The notes under the pieces: model-generated
Seen by the model: the letters and a program-made list of their open reading frames with translations, nothing else
What the model was told of the DNA's origin: nothing
The model's database searches: none
Translations under genes and position numbers: made by a program
Part shown: one piece after another, positions 32,001 to 42,611 of the stretch
How the letters are laid out: each line of letters starts with the position of its first letter
How positions within the stretch are numbered: position 1 is the first letter of the stretch
Origin: Naegleria gruberi
Taxonomy: Eukaryota
NCBI GenBank assembly: GCA_000004985.1
Contig: GG738851.1
Reading direction: 5' to 3' (one strand)
DNA: 64,000 nt

Positions 32001-32869
32001 CTGGTTATGTTATGGAAATGGATCAAGATTTTTCAATTGTAAAGAAATTGAAATTACTTGGTTATCCAAAAATAGTTCATAAGAATACTTGTATTGTTAC
32101 TAAAATGTTTACAAGTGATTTGGAAGTTGCAAAATATGAAGGTGCTTCTCTGAGAACTGTCAGTGGTTTAAGAGGAAGTGTTAAAAAACCATTTAGAGGA
32201 GATAAAGCATCACCTGGTGATTTTAGAGCAACTTTTGAAGATAAACTCATTCGTGGTGATATTATCTTTTTAAGATGTTGGTATGCTTTAGAATTGGAAC
32301 GTTTCTATAATCCAGTTTATAATCATTTAACAAAGAAATGGTATGGTATGAGAACAGTTTCACAATTAAGAAAGTTAAAACATCTTCCAATTCCAGTTAA
32401 AGAAGATTCACTTTATAAGGCAATTAATTCAAGATCAACAGCAGGTCATGATGCTCATTTTGTTCCAAAACCTAAATTATTGAAACAATTACCATTCTCT
32501 GAACAACGAAAGAAAGTTGTTCAAGTTACAGGTTTAACAAATAATCTTAATGATTTCATTGCAGAAGATGCTCCAATTCATGAATTAACAACTGCATTAA
32601 TGAGTGATAAGGAAGTTGAAAGAGCAAATATGCTTCGTAAATTGAAAGCAATTAATTCTGAAAGAGAAAAGAAGAATTCAATTAATGAATTGAAATTAAA
32701 GATGAAACAAATGAAACATCAAGTTCAAGAAGAAAGAGCTAAGAGTAAATCAAAGAAATCAACAATGAAGAGAAGAGCTGTCATGAAGGAATTGAGTCGT
32801 GTAAAGAAGGCTAAATATTTTGTTAATGAAGAAGGTGGTGCTGGTGCTGGTGGTTCTGCTGATAAATAA
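29018..32869 (+). CDS. bms1: Ribosome biogenesis protein BMS1 (GTPase)
   Basis: P-loop VAVVGPPKSGKTTLI. BMS1/TSR1 core ..CVVVDRFEDVTDPQLIEEN..VCLYGYVRN..GDFTL. Long acidic Asp/Glu stretches. Conserved C-terminal region ..FQSIPTYCMQDDNGRHR..FRATFEDKLIRGDIIFLRCWY. Confidence 0.9.
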   Translation: MSSSGGGGGGLPSEQQINKEHKARRAGNKFKKREVQRKKKLGVSEEQQKGDYVNNRANTVGKGNAFARDLKYKLDKFESKLHAPIVSRIYGEGPPKMVAVVGPPKSGKTTLITSLVKQYTKQTLTEVTGPITVRTGKSRTTFFECPNEINAMIDMAKTADLVLLLIDASYGFEMENFEFLNMLQVHGMTRVMGVLTHLDLIKKARTVRKLKKKLKHRFWTEVCDGAKLFYLSGLRGGLYTPRETINLSRFISIIKPRPIKWRTTHPCVVVDRFEDVTDPQLIEENSKIERHVCLYGYVRNTFLRKGTPIHIPGCGDFTLNNITTLEDPLPPKPKEKQRSKLDKFKGLYGPMSNLGSVFYDKDNVYIDISNNESLNENNRHGGIDQAEELLLTRKGKDISSEKREERKHQAEETSKIVKSLIEQSDINLDEKISNQQVKLFSGAKSALIAKKSSTIVPSSLNNNNNNMEDDDDEDEIDEEFDEDMDEEEFLRKYIDNEAEEDDEDDDEMSDDEDSKFHRKRRGIAKLMGDDEDNDDEIYAEALNTSTKSSKKKENIVYDDSDEEDDDLDENTRKIIRAGDDDEEYFEPRKLKVNESTGQFEIEGNEEEELSDLEEEDGTGSAANKWKEGMEERASSQFYDATISLQQLVYGEQEEEEEDDGEANQNDDDEEEQVQQQKNDLDDIFNFKKQITEKKKKLNVDRLKVDFVDRTRTQIEPTEIKHDWEDAEFRETIRNKFVTGDWSSRRDANNKPIASKKSKNVEKDEEEQDEMEDDEIQQDDENDDILDELQKKRMEKKKSFDAQFDEKKSSDKKEGSAGVEEEEEDPITTIEKLKKKLREDDPQMILNKTEFQNLTREQREEIEGISPGSYVRLEINSFPTEFIENVNFKNPIIVGGMHPEECRMGLIKMRMKRHRWYPRTLKNKDPLVFSIGWRRFQSIPTYCMQDDNGRHRQIKYTPEYMHCIAAIYGPFVPQNTGVIAFQTLSEKVDTFRVSATGYVMEMDQDFSIVKKLKLLGYPKIVHKNTCIVTKMFTSDLEVAKYEGASLRTVSGLRGSVKKPFRGDKASPGDFRATFEDKLIRGDIIFLRCWYALELERFYNPVYNHLTKKWYGMRTVSQLRKLKHLPIPVKEDSLYKAINSRSTAGHDAHFVPKPKLLKQLPFSEQRKKVVQVTGLTNNLNDFIAEDAPIHELTTALMSDKEVERANMLRKLKAINSEREKKNSINELKLKMKQMKHQVQEERAKSKSKKSTMKRRAVMKELSRVKKAKYFVNEEGGAGAGGSADK

Positions 32870-33047
32870 TTTATCCCTAATAATAATAAATTGTATATAA
32901 AAAAGTTTAAAAAAGAATCTTAATATGTTTGTTCATGGTACATAGAGTATTATTGGATGGAGGAGACATCACGATGAGTATTTACATTTATCATTTCCCA
33001 TCAAAGAAAATTCCCTCGTTTTTTAACCGTTATCACTCAAAATAAAA

Positions 33048-36000
33048 ATGAACCACCAACACACCAATAAACAGAGGCAATACTCATCCAATGGAGGAGA
33101 CCTTAATTTGCCTGAATATTTGACTAGAGTAACATCACCTTCATCATCAGATAATGGATATGAATCATCATATCAACAACAACAACAACAATCGGAATAT
33201 GATAATAATATTTCAAGCCTTTCTAATCAAGCCTCAACATCATATCAAAATACAAACATGAGTTTAAATGAAGTCTACAGAATTCCTGGATTAAATTATT
33301 CAAATCTATCATTTAAACCTCAAGGATATTCATCCAATGAAACTAATCAAATTAATGATATTTCCACTCTCTTCAAATCAACTTCATCGAAAGGAGTTTT
33401 CAAGATTGTTGGTAGGGTAAGACCTCTCAATAAATCTTCATATATAGTTAGTGATACAAATAGAATAATGGAAATTGGGGAAGATCATAAAACAGTTCTA
33501 ATTGGAAAGTATTTGAATAAGGCAAATTCATCATCAACTTCTTTTCAATTTACATTTGATAGAATTTTTGATGAATTTGCAAATCAATCAATGTTTTATT
33601 CAAGTTGTGGTTATCCTTTATTTAAGAGTTTTGTTGGAGGAGTTAACGCAAATATTATAACATATGGTCAAGTAAGTAGTAATAATACTCTATTATTGAA
33701 TTGTTACAATTGTGATATGATAAATAGACTAGATCAGGAAAGAGTTATGCACTTGAAGGAATTGGAGATGATGAAAGAAGAGGATTAATACCAAGATTTG
33801 TTGAGGATGTTTTTAAATTCATGTACACTTATGGACAAGGACAAGGTGTTTACAATGCTAAATTTACATTATCAGTTTCTTTTGTACAAATTTACAATGA
33901 CAATATCACAGATTTACTATCAAGTAATAATAGTAAGGGATTAAAAGTTGCTGATGAAAAAACTAAAACTGTCATATTGGGAATGAAGAAACATGTATTG
34001 AAAGAACCAAAAGATATTTTCACTGTTTTAAAATATGCAAAACAGAACAGATCTGTTACATCTGGAATGAAACCACCTGATCTTCACACTAGAAGTCATT
34101 CAATTTTAACTTTATATTTGGATCAGAATTGGCCTCAACTCATATCAGCAAGTTCCTCATCTGTAGATATTCAAACTCATTCAATTTCAAGTAGAGTCAC
34201 TTTTGTAGAGTTGGCTGGTTCTGAAAAGGCAAGAGAATTTTCACAAGCGATGAATAATACACCAAATGCAACTAACGAAGAAGGATCAAAAATTGCCAAA
34301 ACTTTTAATGCTCTAGCTGCAGTAACATCAGGAATTGGTAAATTATTGAATGCATCACCAATATCCAACGTATCATTGAATAGTTCAACACTCTCTAGTC
34401 AGAGTAATAGTTCAACACCAAGCAAATATTATGTTCCATATAGAGATTCAAAATTAACTCACATTCTACGAGATACAATGAGAGAAGATACATTTAACTT
34501 ATTTATTACATGTTTATATCCTCTTCCTGATAATTACACTGAAATATTGGCAAGTGCCAAGTACAGTTCAAGATTAAGACAATCCTTAATTTCCAACAAT
34601 CCATATATTAATAATGAAAACACAAGTGTGTTATCAAATGTACACAGATTCCCATCACCACTCAAAAATTCAAACTCTGTTACAAATTCTCCCTCTAAGA
34701 AAGTTTCATTCAATTCAAGACCGAATCAAAATAATCATGTAAATATTAATCAAGATGATAGTGATGAGGAAATTATTAGACCTGTCTCTAATTCACTTCC
34801 ACAATTGAATAATAGTAATGAAATTTCTACAAGGCAGAATTCTATCAATTCAAAATCTTTAACTAATTCAGACTTTGAAGATGAAGACGGAATTCTTGAA
34901 TCTTATAAGGAAGAAAAGGAAAATGTCAACTTGGAATCGGAAGAGTTGAGACAAATTCTCAACATTGAATCTCTAACAAGAAAGAACTTTCAAAAGAATA
35001 TTGAGCGTTTAGAAGAGGAATTGGTTAAAACTGATGAGGAAAGAAATCATTTAAGATCAAAAGTCATGGAAATGAGTGAAAAAATTCAAGAATTATCAGA
35101 ACAAAATATGAAACTCAATGAAAATTGTACTCTTTCAAAAGTTGATTTTGAAAAGCTGTCAGACCAAAAAGCAGCGTTGGAAGAAGAAATGGAAAAAAGT
35201 AGAAAGTATATTGCACAGTTATCAAAGGAAAATACTAAATTGAATGAACAAGTTGTTAATGGAAGGGATAAATACATTTCAACAGTAGCAAAGAATCAGA
35301 TAGAAGCTCTGCAAATTGAAAATAATGAACTAAAATTGAAACAACAAGGAAATGAAACAAAGGCTGCTAAGGAGTTACAACAACAAGTTGAGAGTTTAAA
35401 GAATGAAATCAAATTGAAAGATGTTTCCTTCTCTGAATTGTTAGATCAATTAAAGGAAATGAAACAGAGAAATAATAACTTGAGTGGTGAATTGGAGAAG
35501 AAACAAGAACTGTTTGATCAAACCATAAAAGAGAATGAAGATTTAAGAGTTGAAGTTGAGGGTCTATCAAGTTCAGTTGAAGCTAAAGAATCTGAAGTTG
35601 AAGAAATGTATCAACAAATTGATCAATTACCAAAATTGAATTATGAACTGCAAAGACTAGATAGAACTGTTCAACAACTTTCTCAACAAAATCAAGAATT
35701 ACAATCTAGATTAGAAGAATATCAATCAGTTGCTAGAAATGAACATTCAAAACTTGTTGAAGAAAGAAATGAATTTGAACAAGCTCTTAAAAAACTTTCC
35801 AATGAACTTGAACGTGAAAAGAAGGAGAAGGAAAGATTGAGAGAAGAAGTAATTCAACTCAATTCAAAGGTTTCCTCATCCAATTCTTCCAATCAGACAG
35901 AAATTTCCAAGAGAGATGAAACAATTAAAATGCTAAAGAATGATTTGGAATTGAGTAAGAGATCAGCAGAGAAAACCATCAATGATTTGAAGAATAATAT

Positions 36001-38209
36001 TGGACATGATTTGGAAGAGAGAACAAGAATGAGTTCTGAAATTCATGCAGTTAGTGCTAAAAAGCTTGAACTTGAAGTTGATCTTAAAAAGATACAATCA
36101 CAATTCACTCTACTAAAGAAGGAGAATGAAGATAAGTCCAAACAACTTAAAACACTATCTGATGAAGTGGTGAATCTTAATTTAGATAAGAATAAGAGTG
36201 AATCTGAAATGAAGAATCAAATTAGCACATTGAAAGAAAACTTGAATGAACAACAAAAACAATCAGAATTAACCATCTATCAACTCAGAGAGGAAAACAA
36301 ATCTCTATCAATTAGAGTTAATTCTCTTAAAGAAACAAATAATACTCGCTCATCACAATTAGAAGAAGTATTATTTGCTAAAAAGACGCTTGAAGAGCAA
36401 ATGAGTAAACTTGTTCAATCATGTGGAATTGATTCAAAACTTGGATTAGATTCAGAAATTGAAAGGAGGGTTGAAAATTCAATTAGACTTGCATCACTTG
36501 AAAAACAAGCACTTCATCGAAAGAATGAAATTGATCAACTTGGTATTGAAATTGAACAAAAAGATTTGGAAATTGAAAAATTGAAAAAAGATTTCTATGA
36601 AAATAGACTTGAAATTCAAACATTGAGAAATTCAACAGAAGAATATGAATATACTATTACAACTTTAAAGACTAATTTGAATCAATGTTGTGAAGATAGA
36701 AGAAATTTGAGAGAGGAAAATATTCAACTCCTTTCTTCAAATGATAAGAAGGAAGATTTAATTAGAAAATTAAAACATGATATTGAAGTATCCAAGATGG
36801 AAATTAATTCTATTAAATCAGAGAAGGAAAATATTCAATTAATGCTTAAAAAGACCATTAATAACACAAGTGGTGTACATGATGATTTATCACAAACTAA
36901 ATTTGAATTATTAGAACTTGCTAGAGAACGTGATACATTTGAAATGCAATATTTGAGTAGTGAAAAGAAGATTAAGGGATTGGAAGATGAAATTGATGCA
37001 AAACAAGTTCAAATTTCAGATCTCAAATATCAAATTGAAATTGAAAAGAGAGAAAATAATAATCCACTGTTAGAAGAATCAATTAAAAGATTAACAGAAG
37101 AAAATAAGAATATTTCAAAACAATGTTCAGAATTGAAAGTTGAAAAGGAAACACTTGTACAAGAAAAGAAAGTTTCAGATGCACAATCAAATCATTACAA
37201 GACTCTTCATAATGATTCATTGAAATTAATTGATGATTTAAAGAGAGAATATGAATCAAGATGTAGAGAATTATCAGATTGTAAAGATGAATTAGAACAT
37301 TTAAGAATTCAATTAGAAGAAAAACAAAAATCTTTACAAAAAGCAAAAGAATTGAATTTAGAAAATGAACAATTGGTTGAAACAAAATCTGATGAAATTC
37401 AATATCTTAAAATTTGTTTAGAAGATTCTTCAATGAAATTGAGAGAATATATTGAAAAATGTCAAACACTTGAATCAACCATTGAAAGATTAGAAAAACA
37501 AATTCAACATTCTCAAGATGAATCATCAACCTATAGAAATGGTTTAGAAAAGAAGGAAAGTGAAAATAATGAACTTTTTATGAGATTTAAAATGTTAGAA
37601 ATTGATAGAGATAATTTAAAGAAACAATTAGAAAATACTCAACAAGAATTAACAGAAATTGAAAATTCATATTTGGAATTGAGATCAAGTCAAGAAAATT
37701 TAACAAATTCACTTGAAAAATCACAAGAAGAAATTAAAAAATTGCATGAAGAAAAGAAATTAATTGAAAATCAATTACAACAAGTTCAAGATAACATTTC
37801 AGAAATGTCAGAACAAATTCAAAAAGATCAAGATGAAAGAGAAATGTTCATTTCTCGAATGATTAAATTTGAAAGAACAATTCAAGTATTAACAAAAGAA
37901 AAACAACAAATTGAATTGAAATTAGAAAAGGAAACGAATCAATTCATTGAAAAATTATCAAAGATTGAAAAACAAGAAATAACAATGAAAGAATATCAAA
38001 TTGCAATTGAACAATTAGAACAAGGTAACAAATCACTTCAACAAACAATAACAGAAATGACAAGACAAGTTATTCAATTAGAAGAAGAAAAGAGAAAATC
38101 AAGTAGAACTTTAAATGATATTGAATCTGAATTGGAACGTGTTAAAAAAGCATATGAAAAAACTTCAAGAGAATTGAAATCAATGGTAAATTCATTTGTT
38201 TATCAATAA
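33048..38209 (+). CDS. Kinesin-like protein: N-terminal motor, ~1100-aa coiled-coil tail; 2 exons
   Basis: Exon 1 ..FKIVGRVRP..FTFDRIFDE..ANIITYGQ ends at a GTAAGT donor (~33672). A ~56-nt intron ends at AAATAG (~33727). Exon 2 continues TRSGKSYALEG..RGLIPRF (P-loop GQTRSGKS). Switch II VELAGSEKA, SKLTHILRD. The tail is heptad-rich and Glu/Lys/Leu-rich. Confidence 0.85.
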
Positions 38210-38270
38210 ATATCATCATCATTTTAAATATATTAATACGAGTTAAATATGTTAGATTATTAATAAAAAA

Positions 38271-38927
38271 ATGAATAAAGAAAGTGATTCACTTCATCAG
38301 GAAGAGGAAGAAAATAAGACATTATCGGAAGTTGTACAACAACAACAACAACAACAAGATCATAATAATAGTGATAGTGATAGTGAAGAAGAGGAAAATT
38401 ATGAAGAATTAGGATATACACAAATAAATAATGAAGAATTTAATTATAACGAAGATGACGATGATGAATGTACAATAGATAAAGAAATTACGGAAAAAGA
38501 AGAATTAACATTTGATGATTTTGATACTGATTTTGAAAAAGCCTTGGCATTTGTTTTACAAAATAATCAATCAAATACAAATAATATTAATAATACTAAT
38601 CATACTAATAATAATAATAATAACACGAATGGAAAGAAGAAAAAGATTAAAATAACATTGGGAGCACTTGATCCAACACTTAAAATTCAATATTTAAATA
38701 ATAATGAAAACAATACATCACCATCAGATTATTCAATTAGTAACAATGATGATGATGAGGAGGAGAGAATTAATTCATCCTCATCAGATATAATATTAGA
38801 TTCTGAAAAAGTAAATTCCATAAAGAATATTATTAAAGATATTGAATTGGCTCCACCAAAAGATTTAAAATGGTTTTCAGAAGATGATTGGTTAATTAAA
38901 TTAAAGAAATTAAAAGATCAAGAGTAA
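38271..38927 (+). CDS. Acidic Asn/Asp/Glu-rich hypothetical protein
   Basis: 218-aa ORF. No recognised domain. Confidence 0.45.
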   Translation: MNKESDSLHQEEEENKTLSEVVQQQQQQQDHNNSDSDSEEEENYEELGYTQINNEEFNYNEDDDDECTIDKEITEKEELTFDDFDTDFEKALAFVLQNNQSNTNNINNTNHTNNNNNNTNGKKKKIKITLGALDPTLKIQYLNNNENNTSPSDYSISNNDDDEEERINSSSSDIILDSEKVNSIKNIIKDIELAPPKDLKWFSEDDWLIKLKKLKDQE

Positions 38928-39053
38928 ATTATTTTGTAAAATATTTTGTAAAGTATTTTGTAACATCGATCACTAATTAATGATATTGAACCATAATTAA
39001 TTTCTATAATTAAAAATTGATGATATATTTTTCTTTAATTAATTAAAAAAAAA

Positions 39054-40145
39054 ATGAATCAAGATGAATGGAGGGAAATTATTAAATATTTAGAACCCAT
39101 TGATTTATTTACTTCTCTTTCATCAATTTGTAAATCTTTACAATATATTATTGAAGAATGTTGTGTTTTATTTGATGATATTGCAAATGGAAGTTGTTGT
39201 ATTTCATTCCGACCTATTTTAAATATTTCTAATGATAATACTATTTTAAATATTTCTAATGATAATACTAATTACAATAGTATTAGTGAAAATAATAATG
39301 ATAATAATAATAATAATTCTATAGAATATGTTAGAATAATGGGAAATATAAATTATTTTACAAATTTATATTTATTAAAATTAGGAATTAAATTAGGAAA
39401 TATTAATCCTACCTCATTATCAGATCAAAATGATATTGATTTAATATTAAATGAATATCAATGTAATTTATTAGAATTTTATAGAAATAAATTATTAAAA
39501 ATTAATTATCCAATTGAAATACATCCACCAAGTGATTATTTATTAAGATATATAACATTGGGTGATCTTGGAATTGGAAAATCAACCTATCATAATATTA
39601 TTAGAAATGGAAAGTTTGAAATTTATAAAAATATTGGAATTGATTTTTGTATAAAAACATGTACATTACCTATAAATGGATTATTAATTAAACATCAAAT
39701 ATGGGATACAAGTGGAGAAGAGAGATTTTATAGAAATAAATCAAGTTACATAAATAGATTATTAAGATTTAAACAATTATTTATTTATTGTTTTTCAATG
39801 AACAATGAAGAGAGTTTTAATAATTTAAATGATTGGTTTGAACCAATTAAGGAAATTAAAGGAAGACATTTAGAATTAATTATTGGATTACATTCTTATT
39901 ATTATGAAAATTATGTTAATAATGATATTAAGAATAATGTAAATGTACAAATAGTTAATGCTATTAAAAAGGCATATTCATTAAGGAAATCAGTATTTGT
40001 TGAAGTCAATTCAAAAATAATGTTAAATATTTTTGCTCCAATTTGGTATTTACAATTAAAGTATGCCTATTTTATGGATTTATCTAAATTAATTTATATA
40101 TTACCTTCTAAAACTGAAACAAAAAAGAATTGTTTATTACAATAA
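39054..40145 (+). CDS. F-box-like protein with a degenerate Rab/Ras-like small-GTPase domain
   Basis: N-terminal F-box-like WREIIKYLEPIDLFTSLSSICKSLQYII. G1 LGDLGIGKST. Switch II WDTSGEERF (Gln->Glu relative to DTAGQE). The NKxD motif is not evident. Confidence 0.6.
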   Translation: MNQDEWREIIKYLEPIDLFTSLSSICKSLQYIIEECCVLFDDIANGSCCISFRPILNISNDNTILNISNDNTNYNSISENNNDNNNNNSIEYVRIMGNINYFTNLYLLKLGIKLGNINPTSLSDQNDIDLILNEYQCNLLEFYRNKLLKINYPIEIHPPSDYLLRYITLGDLGIGKSTYHNIIRNGKFEIYKNIGIDFCIKTCTLPINGLLIKHQIWDTSGEERFYRNKSSYINRLLRFKQLFIYCFSMNNEESFNNLNDWFEPIKEIKGRHLELIIGLHSYYYENYVNNDIKNNVNVQIVNAIKKAYSLRKSVFVEVNSKIMLNIFAPIWYLQLKYAYFMDLSKLIYILPSKTETKKNCLLQ

Positions 40146-40226
40146 TATTGTAAACTTGATAATTTTTTAATAAATTTTTTAAATATTTTGCTTTCAAATT
40201 CAATTATTATCAAATAAATAAATTCT

Positions 40227-41336
40227 TTATAACCAAGGTTTCAAAGTTTCCAAAGTCTTTTCATATAATTTAGTTCCATATTCAGGATCATAACTTTCAG
40301 CATTACTCTTTGCAAGATTACAATGACAAAAATATTTTCCAGAAACTCTTTCCAATTCCTTAGCACAAGAAACATAGATTTGATTAATAGCACCTTCAAT
40401 AGGTGTGAGAGCAACAAGACTAATACCCCAATTGAAAACATAATTGAATGGGAACCAAATATTTGAACCAATATTTGTAGAAACAATACCTGGATGAATA
40501 ACATTAATTGAAACACTACCACCTAATCCTTCCTTTTTCAATAACTTATCAAAATGATAAGTGAACATGATTTGAGCCATTTTAGATTGAGTATAACCAT
40601 GGAATGGATTGTAAGGTCTCTTTTTAAAATCAGGATCTTCCAAATCAACATGACCAGTTTGATGAGCTTCAGATGCAACAAAAACAATTCTACTATCTGG
40701 TCCATTTTCAGCCAAATTATTCTTTAACAATAATGTTAAGAGAACATGAGCCAAATAATTACATCCATATTGAGTTTCATGTCCTTCCTTTGTTAAACCA
40801 TATGGTGGTGTCATTATTCCAGCATTAGCAATGAGACACTTGACCTTATATTGTTGATTAATCTTTTCAGCAAATGATTTGACACTACTCAATGAATTCA
40901 AATCCAATGAAAGGAATTTCAAAATTACTTTTGAGTTTTTCTTATTCAATTCTTGTTGAATTTTGTTTAATGCTTCGGTTCCTCTTTCTTCAGATCGACA
41001 AGCTAAAATTACATTAAAACCAAATTCACAGGCCAGTGTTTTGGCAGTTTCATAACCAATACCAGAATTGGCACCTGTAATAATATAAAATTGATCAGCC
41101 TCTGGTTTAACAAGTTCAATTTTATGAGAAATCATTTCTTCTAAAGTGGACATGAGTGGTTTAATTTTAACTCCGAAAAATGGTACCAATGACTTTATTT
41201 TAGTAAGTAGCTCCAATTCACAAACTAATAAATAAAGTCCATAAAAACAGAAATAAAAGAATTCATACACCATCAATAAACGTTGAATAAGAGATGATGA
41301 TGATGAGGATGATGAAGTGGATGTCCAGTCGCTCAT
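40227..41336 (-). CDS. Short-chain dehydrogenase/reductase (retinol-dehydrogenase/WWOX-like) with N-terminal TM helix
   Basis: Rossmann motif ITGANSGIGYETAKTL. NAG motif IANAGI. Catalytic YTQSK (YxxxK). Confidence 0.8.
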   Translation of the reverse strand: MSDWTSTSSSSSSSSLIQRLLMVYEFFYFCFYGLYLLVCELELLTKIKSLVPFFGVKIKPLMSTLEEMISHKIELVKPEADQFYIITGANSGIGYETAKTLACEFGFNVILACRSEERGTEALNKIQQELNKKNSKVILKFLSLDLNSLSSVKSFAEKINQQYKVKCLIANAGIMTPPYGLTKEGHETQYGCNYLAHVLLTLLLKNNLAENGPDSRIVFVASEAHQTGHVDLEDPDFKKRPYNPFHGYTQSKMAQIMFTYHFDKLLKKEGLGGSVSINVIHPGIVSTNIGSNIWFPFNYVFNWGISLVALTPIEGAINQIYVSCAKELERVSGKYFCHCNLAKSNAESYDPEYGTKLYEKTLETLKPWL

Positions 41337-41557
41337 TTTTTTTCAAGTTGTTTTTTCATGAAGGCTTGTTGACAGAGAGGTGTTATTGAATCAGTCGGCA
41401 AATGTTTGGTTCGGAAAACGTTCTCAATAGTGTGTTTCAATATAAACAACTCATCAAATATTACAAAATGTTTAATACTCTCCAGAATGAAGGCTTTGTT
41501 TTCAACATTTTGAATTTGCATTTAATAAAATTTTATTTTAATTAATATTTAAAAAAA

Positions 41558-42229
41558 ATGCCACCAAGAGGAAGAGGTAGAGGAGGTGCTGCTCCAATGG
41601 GCAGAATTCCTTCTTCGGGAGGAGCTGCTTCACAACAACAAGAAGGAAGTGGTACTGCTGCTAATGCAGGTGAAGAACAAGCAAAGAAACCACAAATTTT
41701 AACTCCTTATCAAGCTATGCAAAGAAAGGCTCTTTTGATTCCTCCTCTTTATCCCGAAGTTAAGATTCATAAATGTAAACCAATCTCTGATGCTCTACAT
41801 GTTATGATTGAACAAATGAGAAATTCAAGAGGAAGAATTAGAAACTCTCCATACTATGTTGACTCACAACATTGTGAAGCTTGTTTGGATGAAAAAAAGG
41901 ATCCACTCATGCAAAGTCTTGGTATAAAAACTGGCTATTTCCCAAGCGAAATAGTTGTCAGACCAAACAAGAAGCGTCTCATGATGCTCTATAAGAGATT
42001 TAATTCTGGAAGTGATGAAGCCAATGTACAACGATTGGAAAAGCTCTTCAAACAAAAAAAGGATGATGACGATGAAGACGATGATGATGACGAAAATGGT
42101 GATATTCTTGCTGAGGATGAGGAATCCGATGGAGGAGATGCCTATGATGCATTCGAAAACTTTGACGATGATGAAGATTACTTGGATGAAGAAGAAGTTG
42201 GAGATGGAGATGAAGGACCAACTATGTAA
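41558..42229 (+). CDS. RGG-box N-terminus / poly-acidic C-terminus nuclear protein, possibly an RNA polymerase III RPC7/RPC31-like subunit
   Basis: MPPRGRGRGGAAP at the N-terminus. C-terminal DDDDEDDDDDENGD..DDDEDYLDEEE. Same overall architecture as RPC31. Core similarity is weak and judged by eye only. Confidence 0.35.
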   Translation: MPPRGRGRGGAAPMGRIPSSGGAASQQQEGSGTAANAGEEQAKKPQILTPYQAMQRKALLIPPLYPEVKIHKCKPISDALHVMIEQMRNSRGRIRNSPYYVDSQHCEACLDEKKDPLMQSLGIKTGYFPSEIVVRPNKKRLMMLYKRFNSGSDEANVQRLEKLFKQKKDDDDEDDDDDENGDILAEDEESDGGDAYDAFENFDDDEDYLDEEEVGDGDEGPTM

Positions 42230-42611
42230 ACCCAACTTTCTAATATGGCTGAATTTTTGACACAACTTGAAGCAATATTTGAAAGAGCATAACAATATCC
42301 GAATTGAAAGAACATCCATTGTTGCACACACCAATTTCCTTCCTGATGTATTTGCACCAAAACAATAAGATGCAACAAACAGATAGGCAACATCTCATTA
42401 TCAAATGTGATTAATAAATCTATCTCTTTATGAAAGGAAGTGAGAGTTGTAAATGTTATGAACATTTCAGTAGTAACTGAGCACCAAAATAATGTTATAA
42501 ATCATCCTCTTTACGTCTCGTTAAAAGTTTTGGTGGGAAATCTTGATTGTGTACGACAGATAATTCTCTCTCTGCACTGCAACACACCTCATTCATCCAA
42601 AGGAAAACAAA

